DNA of 64,000 nt from a virus, in the IMG/VR virus record IMGVR_UViG_3300005529_000023, positions 1 to 64,000 of that record; one strand, given 5' to 3'. Made by a program: the position numbers and the translations under genes. Below are positions 62,551 through 64,000 of this stretch, piece by piece (position 1 is the stretch's first letter; every line of letters starts with the position of its first letter). The notes under the pieces are model-generated. The model ran no database searches. It had not been told where the DNA came from and worked only from the letters and a program-made list of their open reading frames with translations.

Positions 62551-62882
62551 TTTTTCCTATTTACACCTACGCCAGCTGCCGCAATGACGTTTAATGGCAT
62601 ATCCTCATGTCTACTGATAAGAGCTAGCATGATCGTTTTGTGAGGCTCTGGAAGGGTCTCGGCGAAGTTGTAGAAGTCCTTGAGCACATGGGTGTACGTA
62701 TTACAGAGCATGTCTCCAACTGGGGTAAGCGAGCCGCCCGAACCCCTAGCTAAATTCTTTACCCTAGCATTGATTTCGTAGATACCATGCTTCTCAGGGG
62801 GCTTCTCTTTCGGAACTTCTTGACCAAAGTGTTCGGCTAGTTCGGATGCACTCATTGGCGTTCCTTCGCTTTCGTTACTCAT
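62547..62882 (-). CDS. hypothetical protein
   Basis: ATGA coupling. Confidence 0.65.
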   Translation of the reverse strand: MSNESEGTPMSASELAEHFGQEVPKEKPPEKHGIYEINARVKNLARGSGGSLTPVGDMLCNTYTHVLKDFYNFAETLPEPHKTIMLALISRHEDMPLNVIAAAGVGVNRKK

Positions 62883-63073
62883 TCTTCCTCATCTCTGTAA
62901 GGATTACCTGCATCAGAGTACAAGGTCTCAGCTTCCTGCAGAGTATCGCAATCGTGATCCTCGAATAGGCCCATGAGTTCCAGGGCTACTTTCTTACGTT
63001 TCTTCTTTGGAACGAAATCCTTGAAGAGATCCCAAACATTTCCTGCTAATTCGCTACCGCTAGCCCAGCCCAT
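62879..63073 (-). CDS. small hypothetical protein
   Basis: MGWASGSEL..F...DCDTL pattern; GGAG RBS. Confidence 0.7.
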   Translation of the reverse strand: MGWASGSELAGNVWDLFKDFVPKKKRKKVALELMGLFEDHDCDTLQEAETLYSDAGNPYRDEEE

Positions 63074-63081
63074 GTTGACTC

Positions 63082-63519
63082 CTATGCTGCGTGACAGGGG
63101 CAGGCATCGTGATGAGCCTTCCTGTAGTCTTCATCCATACAAGCGCGAAGGATTTCTCTTCCGAGGTCTTCTGCGCCATTGTCACCGTAGGTGCAAACAC
63201 CGCTCACCTTTGGAATGTCCGTTTTCAAGACTTGCGAACAAACCTGCTGAACAGACTCTTGAAAAGACTTACCAAGAAAGGTCTCAACACCGGCTGGTGT
63301 CCGAAAGTGGGCGACGAACATTCTCGTCACATCCTCCCTATCAATACCAAAGGAGTAGTCGGGATTGTCGCAGAGATGGCTATGAGCCTCAACCATGGTC
63401 TCGATAGTTGCCTTTCTTTCCTCATCCGACATCTTGTTTAGTTCCTCGGGAAGAACGTCGCACCAAGCGTAACAAGTTCCATTGCAGGGTTCGTACTTGA
63501 ATCTAAAGAGCTTCCTCAT
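63082..63519 (-). CDS. hypothetical Cys/His-containing protein
   Basis: ORF track; start chosen at MRKLF. Confidence 0.6.
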   Translation of the reverse strand: MRKLFRFKYEPCNGTCYAWCDVLPEELNKMSDEERKATIETMVEAHSHLCDNPDYSFGIDREDVTRMFVAHFRTPAGVETFLGKSFQESVQQVCSQVLKTDIPKVSGVCTYGDNGAEDLGREILRACMDEDYRKAHHDACPCHAA

Positions 63520-63871
63520 TTTCATTCCTTTCGTGTATGTGGACATAAACAGGTTTATTCAATGATTTCATTTGGTTAATCATATGTCTAGTACCAGGAC
63601 TTTTCCCATCCCAAACAGCAACTAGAGCATCGGCGTACTTTGCCATCTCGGTATTTCTATAGGGACCAGCAGCTCGGCCGAATTTCTTCCAATCGGCAGG
63701 AAAGACTTTGACCGGCATATGATGGAGTCTCGCCAGTGCTTCCCCGACGTGATCTACGCCTCTAGCACCGCCAGACACAACTTCCGTGAACTCGAAGCCA
63801 GACTTCCTGATGGCATCAGCTACTACTGCCCAATCTTCAATATCACGGCTGCCAGCGATGATGACTTTCAT
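63503..63871 (-). CDS. SLOG superfamily (YspA/DUF2493-like) protein
   Basis: KVIIAGSR; VSGGARGVD; PADW; AAGPYRN..MA; VWDGKSPGTRHMI. Confidence 0.88.
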   Translation of the reverse strand: MKVIIAGSRDIEDWAVVADAIRKSGFEFTEVVSGGARGVDHVGEALARLHHMPVKVFPADWKKFGRAAGPYRNTEMAKYADALVAVWDGKSPGTRHMINQMKSLNKPVYVHIHERNENEEAL

Positions 63872-64000
63872 GTTTTGTTTCCCTTAGCTTTTTTATTAGC
63901 CGAGTTAAGGGGATTACAATCGTTGCAAATATGGCCCTTCGAGTAAACCTTGTTATCGAATAGTTCTAGCCAATCATCCGGTGTAAGCCAATGTTCTCCA
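63868..64000 (-). CDS. partial ORF (5' end outside window)
   Basis: open frame ...HICNDCNP...KT* with TGA overlapping the SLOG ATG. Confidence 0.5.
   Translation of the reverse strand, partial: GEHWLTPDDWLELFDNKVYSKGHICNDCNPLNSANKKAKGNKT

Noticed and set aside
1-64000. CRISPR array, stop-codon reassignment, prophage/host boundary
   Set aside because: No spaced direct repeats; long genes are intact under code 11 and use TAA, TAG and TGA as stops; gene content is phage-like throughout

Overview
64 kb of a large dsDNA tailed phage with a contractile (myovirus-type) tail; standard genetic code, and no integrase, repressor, CRISPR array or canonical tRNA seen. A diderm host is inferred from a PagL-like outer-membrane barrel, lipoproteins and a sigma54-like promoter. 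Layout: (i) 122-788, non-coding divergent control region with a perfect 15-bp inverted repeat; (ii) 789-24258, + strand block of small accessory and metabolic genes: HNH endonuclease, macrodomain, class II RNR, HAD phosphatases, PPase, RlaP-like nucleotidyltransferase, PNKP, RNA ligase, peptide deformylase, ThyX, deaminase, IMPDH/GMPR, Rrf2 regulator; (iii) 24255-26465, - strand block with dUTPase and the PagL-like protein; (iv) 26675-61507, + strand tail module (tape measure, hub, spike, wedge, 2191-aa baseplate J, several fibres) interrupted by - strand islands (peptidases, DEDD exonuclease, lytic transglycosylase); (v) 61558-64000, - strand genes (PLP aminotransferase, SLOG/YspA). The main candidate novelty is a 130-nt intergenic RNA (23713-23842) with tmRNA tRNA-like-domain architecture: G3:U70 alanine acceptor stem, encoded ACCA end, GGCAGCG T-loop, P2-like helix and an internal 10-codon ORF. 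It is about a third the size of a normal tmRNA and sits just downstream of the phage's recurrent late-promoter motif. All family calls are by motif recognition, not database search.
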